A stretch of DNA of 64,000 bases from Phoronis australis (GCA_002633005.1 NMRA01000035.1:1269059-1333058), one strand, 5' to 3'. Shown: positions 37,171-50,442, counted from the stretch's first letter. Program-made: numbers and translations. Notes: generated by a model not told the origin, from the sequence alone.

Positions 37171-39015
37171 TCAGCTTGGGGGAGGTGTCGATTTCTCGGG
37201 AATTGCAGTCGAGTCTCGCTCTGCTCCAGTACTTAAATCATTAAAGGCTGAATAGTCGTCGTCATAGAAAGTGGATCGCCTCGACGCCTTAGCACGATCG
37301 CTCTCTAAATTTTGTTCTCTTCGTCTCTCGCGAATTTTCAATTCATGGCGGATCAAACACATGAAGTCGTGGTTGACTGATTCTCTAGGGGTTTCCTTGG
37401 GATTTCCTAAAACTGAGTAGTTTCCCGTGGCATCTTCCTCGACTGATTCATTAGCCTTGAATCTCACTTTCATCTCGCGATGTCGCGCCTCTAGAATCTT
37501 CTCCCGCCTCGTTTCTCTTTCAAACATGGCGTTGACAAGGGATTTTTCATTTTTGTGGATGGTGGCCATGTTTGCCGATAGCTCCAGAAGGCAAGTGGAG
37601 CCGTTTCTGGAACCTGTGGCTACCCACCGCCCCTGCTCTTGGACACGTAGACAATGCAGCGGATGGTCAGACAGTCTGATGTTCAATGTCGGGTCGTTCT
37701 GTTTGAACAAGATATCCCAGACGTCAAGAGTTCCGTCCGTCTTAGTGGTGAAAAAAACACCCGGTCTTGTTGGGCTCCAACATCCATCCGTTAAGTACGT
37801 CTTGTGATACTTTGTCCACATTATAGAAGAATCCTTCAAGTCTTCAGTCCAAATCCTCAATGTCCAATCCCCGACGCTAAGAAATTGCTTGGTGAAAAAG
37901 TGGTTTCTTTGCAGGGCATAGACTGGGCCAATGTGTGCTTGATGGACAGACACGATCTTTTCCGCGGGAGTTTTCGCCTTACGATTGCAAGTTATGATGG
38001 TACCGTGCTCAGTGCCTGCCATGAATTTTGTTGGTATCGTGTGCTCAAACTCAAGAACGGAAACACCCTGTGCGTTAGTAATATTCATAAGTCGAGTTGG
38101 ATCCAGCACGAGACTTTCCGTCGGTTCCTTCATCTTGCGCATGTCCCACCAAAGAACCTGACCATCGCTTCCAGCAGAAAAAAACTCACTACCAGTCTTC
38201 GAATAAAGCCAAATGGTTCGATACACGGGATCACGATGACTTTGATTGACAGGTGACATTTCTTGCGCCAACCCGCCCTTCCGAGTGTCCCAGTATCCGA
38301 CCTGTCCATTGTAACAACCGCCTACTAGCACGTGGTTATCCTTCGGGTTGCATTCCAGGCAGGCAAGGGGTGACGTGGGCTTAATGGCCATTTCTGGCTT
38401 AGTAGAAATTTCGACATCCCAAACATAAGAGTCAAAAGACATGTCCAGTTGACACTGAAACTGCAAGTTGCAGTAAGCAGCTGCAATCTTCCGACCACCG
38501 TCAGGGAACCAAGAAATGTACGTGACGGCCCGCTTCTTTTCATTGGGGTCTTTGTAGACATTGAGCGTCTTTGCTGTAGGACATTCATCAAGAAGGTCTT
38601 CCTCTGCGCATGGAAAATATTCCTCGTAAATATCTACCGCGTTGTTTTGACGAATGCAGTGGTCCATTATGTTCCCAAGATTAACTACAGCGTTCATGTA
38701 AGGTTCGTCTTTTTCAATCTTTTTACGGTACCTCATCACTTGTTCTACCTCGTAAGGATTGATATCTTTCGGCCAACCACCTTCACGATGGTTAATTCCC
38801 CTTCCTTCGTCAGTTACCCGTTGGGTGTTGACCTCGTGTTCGGACATAACTCGGGAGCATTGGATACCAGTATGAATGGGATTTCGAAAGATGAAATTGT
38901 GTGCGAGAGTGTCGTCAGGCTGGATGTCCACCAGAAGTTCTGGAGGCCTATCAGAGAACAAACAATGATGTCCGTACTGGCACCTCTTCTTCGTGTAAAC
39001 GTAAACAGTGTCCAT
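37171..39015 (-). CDS. DNAI2: Dynein axonemal intermediate chain 2 (outer-arm IC2/IC69-type WD40 protein), intronless, nested in PKG intron 1
   Basis: Uninterrupted 614-aa ORF. The N-terminus MDTVYVYTKKRCQYG...NHREGGWPKDINP...RYRKKIEKDE matches the DNAI2 family (human MEIVYVYVKKRSEFG...NHVEGGWPKDVNP). WD repeats (VWD, YWD, WWD, IWT, VWD) and the C-terminal MFERETRREKILE coiled coil are present. Confidence 0.96.
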   Translation of the reverse strand: MDTVYVYTKKRCQYGHHCLFSDRPPELLVDIQPDDTLAHNFIFRNPIHTGIQCSRVMSEHEVNTQRVTDEGRGINHREGGWPKDINPYEVEQVMRYRKKIEKDEPYMNAVVNLGNIMDHCIRQNNAVDIYEEYFPCAEEDLLDECPTAKTLNVYKDPNEKKRAVTYISWFPDGGRKIAAAYCNLQFQCQLDMSFDSYVWDVEISTKPEMAIKPTSPLACLECNPKDNHVLVGGCYNGQVGYWDTRKGGLAQEMSPVNQSHRDPVYRTIWLYSKTGSEFFSAGSDGQVLWWDMRKMKEPTESLVLDPTRLMNITNAQGVSVLEFEHTIPTKFMAGTEHGTIITCNRKAKTPAEKIVSVHQAHIGPVYALQRNHFFTKQFLSVGDWTLRIWTEDLKDSSIMWTKYHKTYLTDGCWSPTRPGVFFTTKTDGTLDVWDILFKQNDPTLNIRLSDHPLHCLRVQEQGRWVATGSRNGSTCLLELSANMATIHKNEKSLVNAMFERETRREKILEARHREMKVRFKANESVEEDATGNYSVLGNPKETPRESVNHDFMCLIRHELKIRERRREQNLESDRAKASRRSTFYDDDYSAFNDLSTGAERDSTAIPEKSTPPPS

Positions 39016-42000
39016 TTCGATAACAACAAAGAAAGGTAAAATCAGATACTTGTTTATTCACGCAAGTTTTCTAGAGCATCTTTCTACGGCTCTGACAGAA
39101 GCATTGCTCGTGCGAGGCGCGTGAAACACATTTCACGACCACGTGCTGCGTGTGAGTACCATTACCAAAATATGATGACTTCTATAAATTCAAGAAGAGC
39201 TCAAGCTTTATCGTTCACATGTGAGCCCTAGTCGGTAAACCAACCCCTAAACAGGGTTGGGACTCCATACATTGAAAGTGTAAAATTAAGTCATACACAT
39301 CGCATTCGAATTGCACATCAAATATTACAGTGGAAACGTCGAAATTGTGATCGCGTGAACACATTTATCTGCAGACATAATACGACGAATATAACTGCAC
39401 GGAAATCAAGCCCTTCGAAAAAGCTTATTTACTTAAAGGCTCGAGTTTTTACTATTCGCTTGTCACTTCGCCATTTTCATTTTTTACCAAACGCAGAACT
39501 CGGAAACTAAAGCATTCTCTTGGTCGATTGGCTGGCATTCGGGTCACTACCTGACGTCATTAGGTCAAAAACTGGCATTATAATACGGCGGACGAAGTGA
39601 TTCCTTGATGTTAGAGAAAGGTATAAGGAAGCGAAATAAAACCGGCAAGGCTGTTTTCGGTTCCCTGAATATGTCAACGGAATTCCATAGGGTCAGCAAT
39701 AACACATCCAACAAGTATTTTTTACCCATTCTTTTGATTTTTTTATCCATCTCACACCTTTTTAAATTTTTGAAAAAGGTTCCGATGGTTCTTCAGCTCT
39801 GTATTGGCTAATGAGAGCCATGGTTTTGAGTTGAGCATGCGAACTGAGGTCTGTTGTGGTGAAGAACTAGGTAGACTAAACAAGTCGATTTTTATCTGTG
39901 GACAATCCACAATATAATACTTGAGAATTATATGTAGTTATTAATAAGAGGATACACAAGGCAGAAATGACGAGTATTTTACTCAGACTGTGCTCCTCAG
40001 TGTAGCACGCGAAAACCTAATCATGAACGTGAGAATTGCTGGGAGATGGTTAAGCAGCGCCCCTTATAGTCAGCTATTGTACATGTAACAGGTGGATGCG
40101 ACAAAGGCTTGATTCTGATGAGTTCTGTTTTGATACGCCGATACCTGTTGGCAACCAATTAGACCATAATCTACATTTTACGTACGTATACTATTAGTAG
40201 AGATAACTTCGCTTCACTGGCATTGTAACAGCTACCGTACAAGCGCACAAAAAGTATAAAATCTTAGTCGAAAACTTCGACTCTTGGGATTAGCCTTGTC
40301 GTTTTTCTGAGTTACTGAGTAAGACGGCTGACCGACGAGTTGGCTTTAGCGTGTGCATAAAACTTTAATCCAAAAATACTACCCAAGTCAAATATGCTAA
40401 GTTAGAAAATGACGTAAAAATTACTCGCTTCAAAACACTTGTTGACGTAGAGGCACGATTATTAGCTGCGTCAGCAACTCTACACTTGGAAGAATTCTTT
40501 GTCAATCGACAATCTCTCGCAAGATCACTTTGTTTGTCCTCAAATGACCGTTTAAAATAGCTCGTTCATGAAGTCAGTATAGTCACAACACCGTCTCAAC
40601 ATCGTCTGCTCGGGGAGCTTTGGGCGGGCTTCTGATATGCTATGACTAAAAATTTACGACTGTCTTAGAGGAAAGAATGTCAGGTAACATTTGAAAAAGA
40701 AAAGCTGATGTGAAGGAGTTAAATGACGCCGGAGGCCCGAGAAGCATCGTTGCCAAAATTCGAAAAAGCTGAACATCTTGATCTAAGCCAGCAGGATACC
40801 GCAAAGGGTGGAAATTGTCTGCTGTAAACCTTTAATTCACCCATGTTAATACACAAAATTAGTAGAAGTAGGAAGCACATGATCTGTTTTGTTATCTGTT
40901 ATAGTTCGAGCACCTTTGGTTCATACATAGAAATATTTACAGACACACATTTATATTACTTTCTGATTTTATTATTACATGTTTTATTTCAATCTCATTT
41001 AAGCCCATTTTGAAGATTTCGTGTCATACTCCGCATGTGCTCGCACTTTTTACTAATGTTCATAAGCTTCAGTGTGACACTACACGTACAAGTATGATAC
41101 ACGCTACAGTAAAATTAGTTAAAAATGTGTCAAGTTGGCAAATTAGGAAAATCGTGGATCTACGTTGTGATTCATTTCATGGGGATTGCCTTTTAAACGA
41201 GGCAAACAATTTTACCTGACATCACTACCCAGTTCACATTTTTCAATTACATAAATAGCATTGCTTCTCACTTGTCATTGTGTGCCTGACATTTTCTGCC
41301 TACGTTCTCAATGGGAACCAGTTCAAAGTTAGAAACACTTATTACAATCTGAGTAAGAACCTCATTCGAGGAACATCCTAGGCTAAACTTGCTCGTTTCC
41401 GCTGTCCTCAGCTCGTTTCATTAAGACGTACACAAGGACTCGGTCCCTAAAGATCCAAATTATTTTAATGAAATCATTAATAGCTTATTAGCCATGTACC
41501 AGGGCATTGAGATTACGACTAGCTCTTCATGTTTTTACCTTAACCCTAAACTCATGGGAAACGCTTACCTTCTGTGCAAGTGCAAACGTGTCAGTGAAAA
41601 AGCTGGGTTATATTAACAATTTATATTTTAAATCCAAGATCTTACGAAGAGTTAGGCAGGATAACATCTCCATGGCTTCATGGGCTTAGTCTTTCTCTAA
41701 GGAGTTTCTGAATTTGCGGAAACATTCCCTGTTTATGTATCTGTACTGTACATCTACATGTACGTTAATGTCAAGATAATCTTTGATTGAAAATATTTAA
41801 CCATGATCAGACATTCCATGAATCATCGGCTGTCTTGTGGCAGTTTGTTTACGGGCATTTTGGAACATTAACCACATTAATTTTATACAACTTACGATTG
41901 AGTATGAATTAATGAACGAAAAGCGTCTCGTTCGAAGATACGAACAGGTGCAGTAGCTAGTGGACCCCACGCAAGCTCGTTCGATACAATGTTCCTCGAT

Positions 42001-44516
42001 TATCCGCGTGACGTCATAGTGAACATTTCTACGTGCATGATAACGTCGTGCGGAAACTGACGAATATCGCATTGAATGGGCGTGGTCCAAACAACGGAAT
42101 AGATAAAAAATTTGTTACTTCACATGTTCGTACTTCAACACGATTGATTTTTAAGATCAGAAATGGGTCCTACGTTTACTCAGTGCCGTAAGAAACGTGA
42201 CCAGAGGAAGGGCACGTATGTGCTCATTCGACAATTTTACTCTTTCGGTAATAAAACTACATCGGGGGCATGAATTGACAACCGGGAGGGGTGAGACGAT
42301 TTCAAATTTGTGAAAAACGGCCACAAGGGGAGACAAAGACTGGTGACGAACGCGGTATGAGTGTTTAGCGAGGTTATTTTTCACCTGTGTCCCCTGTTTG
42401 CCTTCCCGCGAATCACAACGTCTGTCATGACAAATATTAATTGCAAATCAGGCCAACAGGGCAGGGTTCACATGAAGGTCTAGGAGCAAAAACTACATCG
42501 GTGGCAAGAGGGAACATGTGGGGGCAAATGGGAGAGGACTGAGGACTGAGGAAATCTATGGCGACCGGCTACCGGATGGAGACAAAATGGTGGCGACCGG
42601 GGGTGTCTTACCTAAAATTTATAACGTTCCACATGTCTGGTCAAGGCCACAGGAAGAAGGAGGTGGGGGCAACCAGGATAGCATCCGGGGCGAAAGGATG
42701 GGCGTTATTTGCGGACTAAAACTGATGGCGACAACAGGACAGTCGAAATTTGACGTCGTCCAATTCGCGTGTACCCTCCAATTCATAGTAACCTTCCTAA
42801 AAGTGACCATTATGGCCGACAACAATGATACGTAGCCTATTTGAAATCAGCCCCAAGACGGATTCGGACAGACACTGCCTCAGCGGTCACTTAAAGTATT
42901 CTCAAACCTCCAGCAACTTGAAAGTGCCACAGCTAAACTGACCGTTCACATCACTAGTGTTTTTGTTGCTAGGGAAAGTGCAAGCGAAAACACTAACGTT
43001 ATAATCAGCACGTGAACCGGATGTTGTAGAGCTAAAGGTCAAGGTGGCAAATGGCCACGGAGTATTTTAAGAGTATCTTAGACATCAGGTAACCGGACTC
43101 GATTTCAAATAATTCTATAGAATGACTAGAATTGAGTAAATGTCGGGGATCGATGACTTCGAATAATGAAATCACATAACAACGGATGTTGCCTTTTTGT
43201 AGCTTGTTCACAGCTAATTATTTCAAAAACTGTATTCTGTCTAACAGCAATCCTGGAAATCGCATTTTTTTTCGGACCTAAAACTAATTGTGCCCCTTTC
43301 AGGTTCTACTTCCGGTTACTGGTGTATAAAACATATTTGTTTATCGCGTATCTAAGTAGATCAAGAGTTTCCTTTGCCAAAAGTGGTGGTCAACGAAATC
43401 GAGAACTAATCAAACACATAACGTTAGAAATTAATTTCTTAGTTGATAAAAACGGTTTCTAATTTGTCTAAATATACTAGGATTTTCGACGAAAAACCAA
43501 AATATAAATGCTATCGCAAAAGCTACAGTCGCTAAGATAGCCTTTGCGCTAGCTTATTGCTGCTAGCTAAATATCATCAAGTTAAGACTTTTGACTTTTT
43601 GTTCTAGCAACCATGAGGCCAACGCGTAATTAGGATCTCTTTTAAAATCTATTTACAGTAATATATGGGCTATTTTTATGATTTAGCTTCGCTAATTAAC
43701 AACCGCCTTCCGTAAACTAGGACAATATTAGATTCAGACCGTTCTCCGCTTTGAAAACAGTGTCATCTCGTTCATAACTCAGATGGGAAGTGAATAATGG
43801 ACTTGGAAAAAAAAACTAACGAGCGCAGGCTCGGCGCACAAAATGACCCGTCGTGATAAGCCAACTTGCACCGCGTGAGGCACTGACGATCTGCCAGGAT
43901 TTCCCAATCCCATAAATCACTTCCAATCTCAGATCATTACCGATAGATGGTCTAAATCAACAGTTAGTTCTTTAGACGATAAGTTGATAGCAGCTTCAAC
44001 TTTTCGCCATCACAAGACTGGCATAACAGTGAACAGTTTTGCAAGTACATGTAAGAATTGCAGATAACTTTTCCACCTCTACAACACTACCTCTGAACCC
44101 AGTCGTGCAAAATTTGAATTCGGTACCTGAATAGAAATGGACAATGGACTATGTTACTTAGCCATGAAAAACATTTCACAAAGATTTCCAACGCCTCTGA
44201 AACGACAACGACTGTCCAATCCATTCAATGTCGCTTCAGTTCATTTCCAGGTGATCTCTCAAATGTTGTCCAACACTATCAAGGGATAGAAAATGCCGAG
44301 TCTCGTTTGACAGAGTTCTTTAATTTAGCTTACTTCACAATATTGCCATGGTAAAGTAACAGGATACCTCCGTTGTCAAGTATCCAATTTCCTAAACCCT
44401 TAAGCAAAGTGTATTAATACCCTTGATGACCACAAAAGCTATGTCCTTATGTTCATAATCACATGGTTACACTTTTTCGCAGAAATCGTCAGTGATTTTT
44501 CACGAAAACCACAGTA

Positions 44517-44694
44517 CATGGGCGCACGCAGGGGGGGGGGGCTCAAATGAGTCCATTAAGTCCACAGGAATTCGGCGTGGATGCACAATTCGTAGGCCTG
44601 CACCTAGTGGCCCGGTTTTTTAGTCCTAGTCCTCGTTGATTTTATTGAGTAAAAATTCGTGCACCCCCAATATTTAAGGCTGAGTGCGCGCATG
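44517..44694. mobile_element. GC-rich-end MITE, family B3
   Basis: CATGGGCGCAC...GTGCGCGCATG inverted ends with flanks CAGTA/CTGTA (5-bp TSD, one mismatch). Confidence 0.7.
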
Positions 44695-47079
44695 CTGTAT
44701 GCTCCACTAACATGAATCTTTCGTATGAAACTTGCAAATTCTATTTCTTCATTGTATTAGCTACAAAGGTGTGTTGATGATTTTATTTTAGAGTCTTTTA
44801 GCTAATAGAGTAAAAAATCGAATTTGTAAGTCTCATGAGGAAACTACTTCGATCCTCGTGAAAAATCCCTTTTAGAAAATACGCAGTCACATGGCTACGA
44901 ATACCTGAGCATTTTTGAGCGTATAATGAAATTATGTGATCATCGAGGATTTTTTAAAAATGTATATTTCTATTGCAGGACACTATCGGAGAGGAAGGTG
45001 ATTTTCTGAGACCAGGCTCACAGCACAATTGTGTCTACAATCCCTGCAATCGCAGCAGAGTATGTTAAGCGTATTTAACTTCTAGTCGAAGCTAACAACT
45101 TAAAGAAGTCTGTCCCATTCAGCAGTACTCCCAAAATGCGTTTTCTGACACCAAAACGGACAATGTCTCTTTAAGACAGTAAGTGGAAACATGATGCATT
45201 TTTAAAAGCGGAAAACAGACTATTGCTATAAGTTAGTAGTATTTTTGGTTTACCGAAACACTAACCTTGTCCAATTGATGAGTTTGTGAGCTTTTATGCA
45301 ATACAGCCTTGGGCATTACGCTTACTCATCACAAAAACGGCCACGCATGAAACTCTCGTAACCAATTAGCTGGCCAAGCGAATTAAAATTAAATGCATGG
45401 GTACTTCGACCGTAGCTATTATTATTAGATTTTAAAAACAATGCATTCTGTGCTTAATCACAGCGCATTTCGCGCGCCTCGTTATATTTATGTCTCAAAT
45501 GTTTTTAAACCTAAAAAGAGGCTCGCTATTAAAATGGAAACTGCGTGAATACGGTCTATAGTCATAAATTCATATCACTGTGTTAGTAACATTAAAACAA
45601 AGTCTGTGCTAAATGGACATGATCCTATTGGAATGGCGCCTACTGATTTGATCCGGAAGACAATGAAAGTAAATGTTTACACGGAGAATTCTGCAAAGTT
45701 TTCTTGTATATAGCAAAGTGACTGCGCTACTTCAAATCTGTCAGTCTCTGACCAGCCAATGATATGGTGGTCTTGACTTACGTTAGAACATTTTTTTAGG
45801 ATTTGTTTAATGAACTCCGCTAGTTATCTCGACTACAAGTGATGGCGTGCCATGAAAGAGTAGGTTCACAAACGCTTAGAAGGTGTACTTTGTCTGTGAG
45901 AGAAAATTGAACAGTTGGTTCGACTAAACGACAAAAAAGGTTTGTGCATAGCTCACAGATGAAAAAAATATATGACAAGTAGAAGATGATGAGCTGGATA
46001 TGGGATTGAAAAGGACACGGCGTGGTTTGTTAATTTCGCAGTTATTAACGGCTAACGGGTACAGAGCAAGCATAGAATACAGTACAAACCGGGGTAATTC
46101 CACAAGACAATTTACATTTTGAAGGTTTTAATTCTATATCCATGTATCTACACGACACACTTCGCAGAAAAATAACGCCGTTAGCATTTTCAAAATTCCA
46201 GTTTTGAAAGAATAGAAAACTTGGAGGTGACGAATTTCTATCAAACTATGTTAATTTCAAATTGAAAGATGAAGGGAGATGAATAAAGCGTTAGCCTTTA
46301 CAGGCAAACGCTACCATGGAAGTAATCGATGCAAAGTGTGAAAAAGAGATAATGGAAATTGACAAAGGTTCCTAAACCGGAAGTGGTGACATTATTTGCC
46401 TGCTTCGAAGTTGTCGGACCGTGGAATGGATCTTAATTGCTTTTTCAGTCGTATAAAGGCCTCAATTTCCTAGCAGGTTTAGCCAACATCAGAACGTTAA
46501 AGTAAGTGGAAACATATTTTAGTCAAGTTCATCAAACCTCACATGACACACCATGGCCCTGGCATTAGCAAATAGAATAATTCTTATTATTACAGGTGAT
46601 AGATAACGTGGAAGCCATCGTTTGACATCCAAGCAAACAAGTATAATGGCTTAAGTTGACCGAGTGGACAAAAATGATAGGCTAGGTAACGCGGAGACGT
46701 TTAGAAAAACAAAACTCTCGGAGAGTTACAATAAAAACTTCTTGTTAACAAAGTTTTCCAGAATCTAGTTTCATGCAATCGCACAGTAACAAAATATTTG
46801 TTTGTTTAAACAAATCGAAAACCAAAAAACTCGCCTAACCAGCGACATTTTTGAGGTCTTCGTCTGAAAAAAAAACAGTATTTTTCGACAGAACTCCATT
46901 TCGATCCATGCAGTTGGCTGTCAACTACTTGCAAGTAAATCGGCAAGAGTAGACAGTACAACAACAGGGCCTTTACTCAGCAGATTTTGATTGGCATGTT
47001 TGGCGTACTGTTACTATAAGTTGTTTGGTTACAAAACAGAAAACAGAGACTGTGTATCACTTCTAGTCGACGTGTTTCA

Positions 47080-47158
47080 AACACCCAATACAGTGAGGAA
47101 CAAAAACATTTGATTTTGCAACACCCAATAGAGAGAGGAACAAAATCATTTAATTTCG
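47080..47158 (+). repeat. 40-bp tandem duplication
   Basis: AACACCCAATAxAGxGAGGAACAAAAxCATTTxATTT occurs twice. Confidence 0.85.
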
Positions 47159-47300
47159 TAAAGCGTGCGTCTGACGCATAATTAAGTGAAAATATTTTAC
47201 ATTTTAAGTGACATTAGTTTAATCATTATAAACGCGATGGTTTTCCCATACATCCCAAGACACACTAATTCTTAGTTTTCATGAAGTAATCGGTCGTTAA

Positions 47301-47729
47301 ATGTGCTATGTCTCATTAAAACTGAGAATATTTAAATTTGTAGCAAGCGCCACCTTGAGACTTCCTGTAGAACTGTGTGTACAAATATAATCAGGAAAAG
47401 AAACAATTTGTAAATAAATTGCGGTTTTAAAGAAAACGGCCACAACTGATACAAGTGTGAACATATAGAAAACCCTAGTAATTCCAAATATTACGCAATC
47501 GTTATTTCATAGTGAAATTAACAAATAATAAAAACTGGGCCTTGTTTCAATGATGACACATTACCATACTCATTTACATAAAAATAGTCTAGCAAAACGA
47601 GACTTTCGCGGGATTGTAATGATAACTGGTTCTTGAATGGTTTCCGGCACACCGAAAGACGCGGGGTTGTTTGAAATTCTAAACTAGTACTTCATCTGCA
47701 TATTCACAATTTAATGAGACATAGCATCT
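47301..47729. mobile_element. MITE with TTAA target site (Kolobok/piggyBac-type site preference)
   Basis: TTAA|ATGTGCTATGTCTCATTAAA ... TTTAATGAGACATAGCATCT|TTAA: a 20-bp TIR with two mismatches and TTAA on both sides. Confidence 0.8.
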
Positions 47730-48305
47730 TTAAATCCCTGCCTGCATATTCCGATTAGTCGCATCGACTTCGCAAGAAACTGCCGTTTACGACTATTTGG
47801 AGTGTGTAGAAAGATCTTTTGACATGACTTTTCGAGCTCAAAGTCATGTACGACCTGAAGATAGAACATGTCCGATTTTGCTTCGACTTTCGTTCTACTC
47901 GTCGAAGTCGTATACGAAAATCGAAACACTATCTATTTTCTATACAGTCCGATTGTGAATTTAGAGTTCGTATAAAACTCGAGTGTAGAAAGTACTGTAA
48001 AGCTAACAAGAAGCACGTCTGTTTACGTTCTTTTCCAAAATCAAGTTTCTTAAATTCGTTCGCAAAGTTTTGCAGGAAAGAGTGCGGTGTGAAATAAACG
48101 TAATTTGAGGGATAAAAAGTTTAGACGTAAGTTTCATTTGCACTCAAGACATGTGAATGCTAGTTAACAACAAGGGTTCAAATGCATCTTTAAGAATTTA
48201 TGTGAACTGTTACTGAATACCCGGAGAGATAGTTACAATAACGGCCGCCTACTGAGCAAGAGCTGCCCATGTAGCTATCTGCTGATTCGTATTTCGTCAC
48301 TCCAG

Positions 48306-48457
48306 TATGAAGCGCCAAAGTGTTCTCAAGCGAGTACCTTTCTGCGCGTTGAAATGCGCTTATTGAAAGCGTACGCTTGGTTTCAAAAGTGCGCGTTGAA
48401 TAAACACCTTTTAACGCGCAGAAAGGTTCTCGTTAAAGAACCAACTGGCTCTTCATA
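48306..48457. mobile_element. Foldback MITE with TA ends (Tc1/mariner-like)
   Basis: TATGAAGCGCCA...CCTTTCTGCGCGTTGAAA and TTTTAACGCGCAGAAAGG...TGGCTCTTCATA form a long imperfect hairpin. Confidence 0.7.
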
Positions 48458-50442
48458 GTTCAGTTCATCCTCGTGTACAATCTATCATGGGAAGCTACTT
48501 CTGTTTAATTACTTCAATTATAAGTGATAAAGAGTTGAAACCTGTCGCTTAGCAATCAACAACTTGGCGTATCAATTGACATGAAGTCGAACCATGAATG
48601 ACGCTGCGGCGAAGTTACAATTTGAAAACAGGTGTATATGTGTAGTAGCCATTACTTGATTTCATCACTGGAACTCATTCGCTTGTCTTGCATTCACTCT
48701 CTGTTACAATAAGACACAACAACTTGAAAACGAGGCCATTTGGTCAGCTCTTTTTGCCATACTATGTAAGCTGTGATGCATATTTTAACATTCCATAAAA
48801 GTTATCCAAAAAGAAACAGCGACCAATTGAAACTATTGAGCAGCAATTGAAAACATACAAAGTGTTTGTCTCAGAAACTGTATACAGAAAATGAGAGAAC
48901 TAACAAACAATGTCAAATCTTGAAGAAAGCTCACAAATCAGAGCGCAGCTTAGGTAGTGTCAAAAAATCTGACCCCACGGCCTCGTTTTCGATTTCTTCC
49001 TCAGACTAGAGGCCGGATGCAAGACAACTCATTCGGTAGGCGACTAGTAGCACAACAAGAAAACAGCTGATGCGTGATGCACACGTGTTAGTAACGCTNC
49101 GACTTTCTAATTCAGCTGCTCAGGGACTGTTTTATTTGTTGCTACACAACAGTAACATCGAATTAATCAATAAATGATAATAAAACGACCTGATAGTTCA
49201 GAGTAGTTTCCTGTAAAAATATCCATTTGTTCTAGAAAACCATTAACTCTTCACTCACCCCTTGTTTTACCATTGGCATCCACGCAATCAAATAACGGTC
49301 TAATATTTTTCAGATTTGATGGGTGTCGAAAAATTGTAGAATAAAGAAAACTGGACTGATACAGAATGTTTCACACGGACGTTATCAAATGATTCACAAT
49401 GAATATTTTATCAAATCACTCTCCATCCTCGTTCCACAGACCATTTTCAAACAACGCTGCTTGTGCAAAGACGTGCCCTTACAATCTAAGTTGTTGTGTG
49501 GTCAGAACCTTTTTTCATTTTCAAGATGCTTTCTACGATAAGTGTTCACAGAACATGACAAATTTATTTTGGTATGAGGTGTTTGCTTACTTGCCAGACT
49601 TTGGGATTCAGATTTTCAATAACAACAGTCAAACTGTTAATAGGGCAACAGTCTTTTGTAAGGGCTGGAATAAAAAAATGTCATTTAAATTTATGATTTT
49701 CTTGATTCGGACGAACTTTTTATGTCTTACGCATCATTTTGTGACAGATTTGGTTTCACTCGGCCACTTATGCTTGTATGTGGACTAATGCGCACAATTT
49801 TTCATTTCGACAAAGATAACAGTATGCGAAGTATTCTGTAAGTCTTCCATATGCTAACAAATATCGCGAATAAACGAATATGCTTCAAATAAACTGAAGG
49901 CATACACAAAAAAATGAGATGAATTGAAAATCACATGGTAATGTTCTAGATTCATTCAAATGGCGGATTAAAGTTTATGTTTGCTCCTCAATTATGCACA
50001 CGATACGAGATTCAATGGTTTCAGATAAGTTTCCTTCATTGAATTGTCGCCACAAACGACTTTCTGGCCAAAATTGGTGTCCCAGAGTCAGATCTTAAGA
50101 GACAGAGAATATGCCATCTGTCTTTAATGGGATTGTCACGAGATGAAGACTTTCTAGTTTGCTACAATTCAATGTATATTTTCAAAACCCCAAAATTTAC
50201 TTATTTTCTCTTCAACGGATGTTTTCTTTGGTAAACTACATGAATCAGATATAAAATTATTTGGCTCATTTGTATGGAAAAGTATCGCACTTACCCCCAA
50301 AGGCTCAGAATTGTTACAATACTTTCAAATAGAAAAATGCATTTACGTCGGAAACCGTGCATATGAAAAATTCAGTAGAAGCTGGTTCTCTTTGTCTCCT
50401 CTATTTCCTTGATTGTTAGCTTCTGATACACTTAAAATATCT

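Noticed and set aside
37427-39039. Plus-strand ORFs of 126, 150 and 196 aa
   Set aside because: Antisense shadows of the DNAI2 coding sequence, with no independent protein features.
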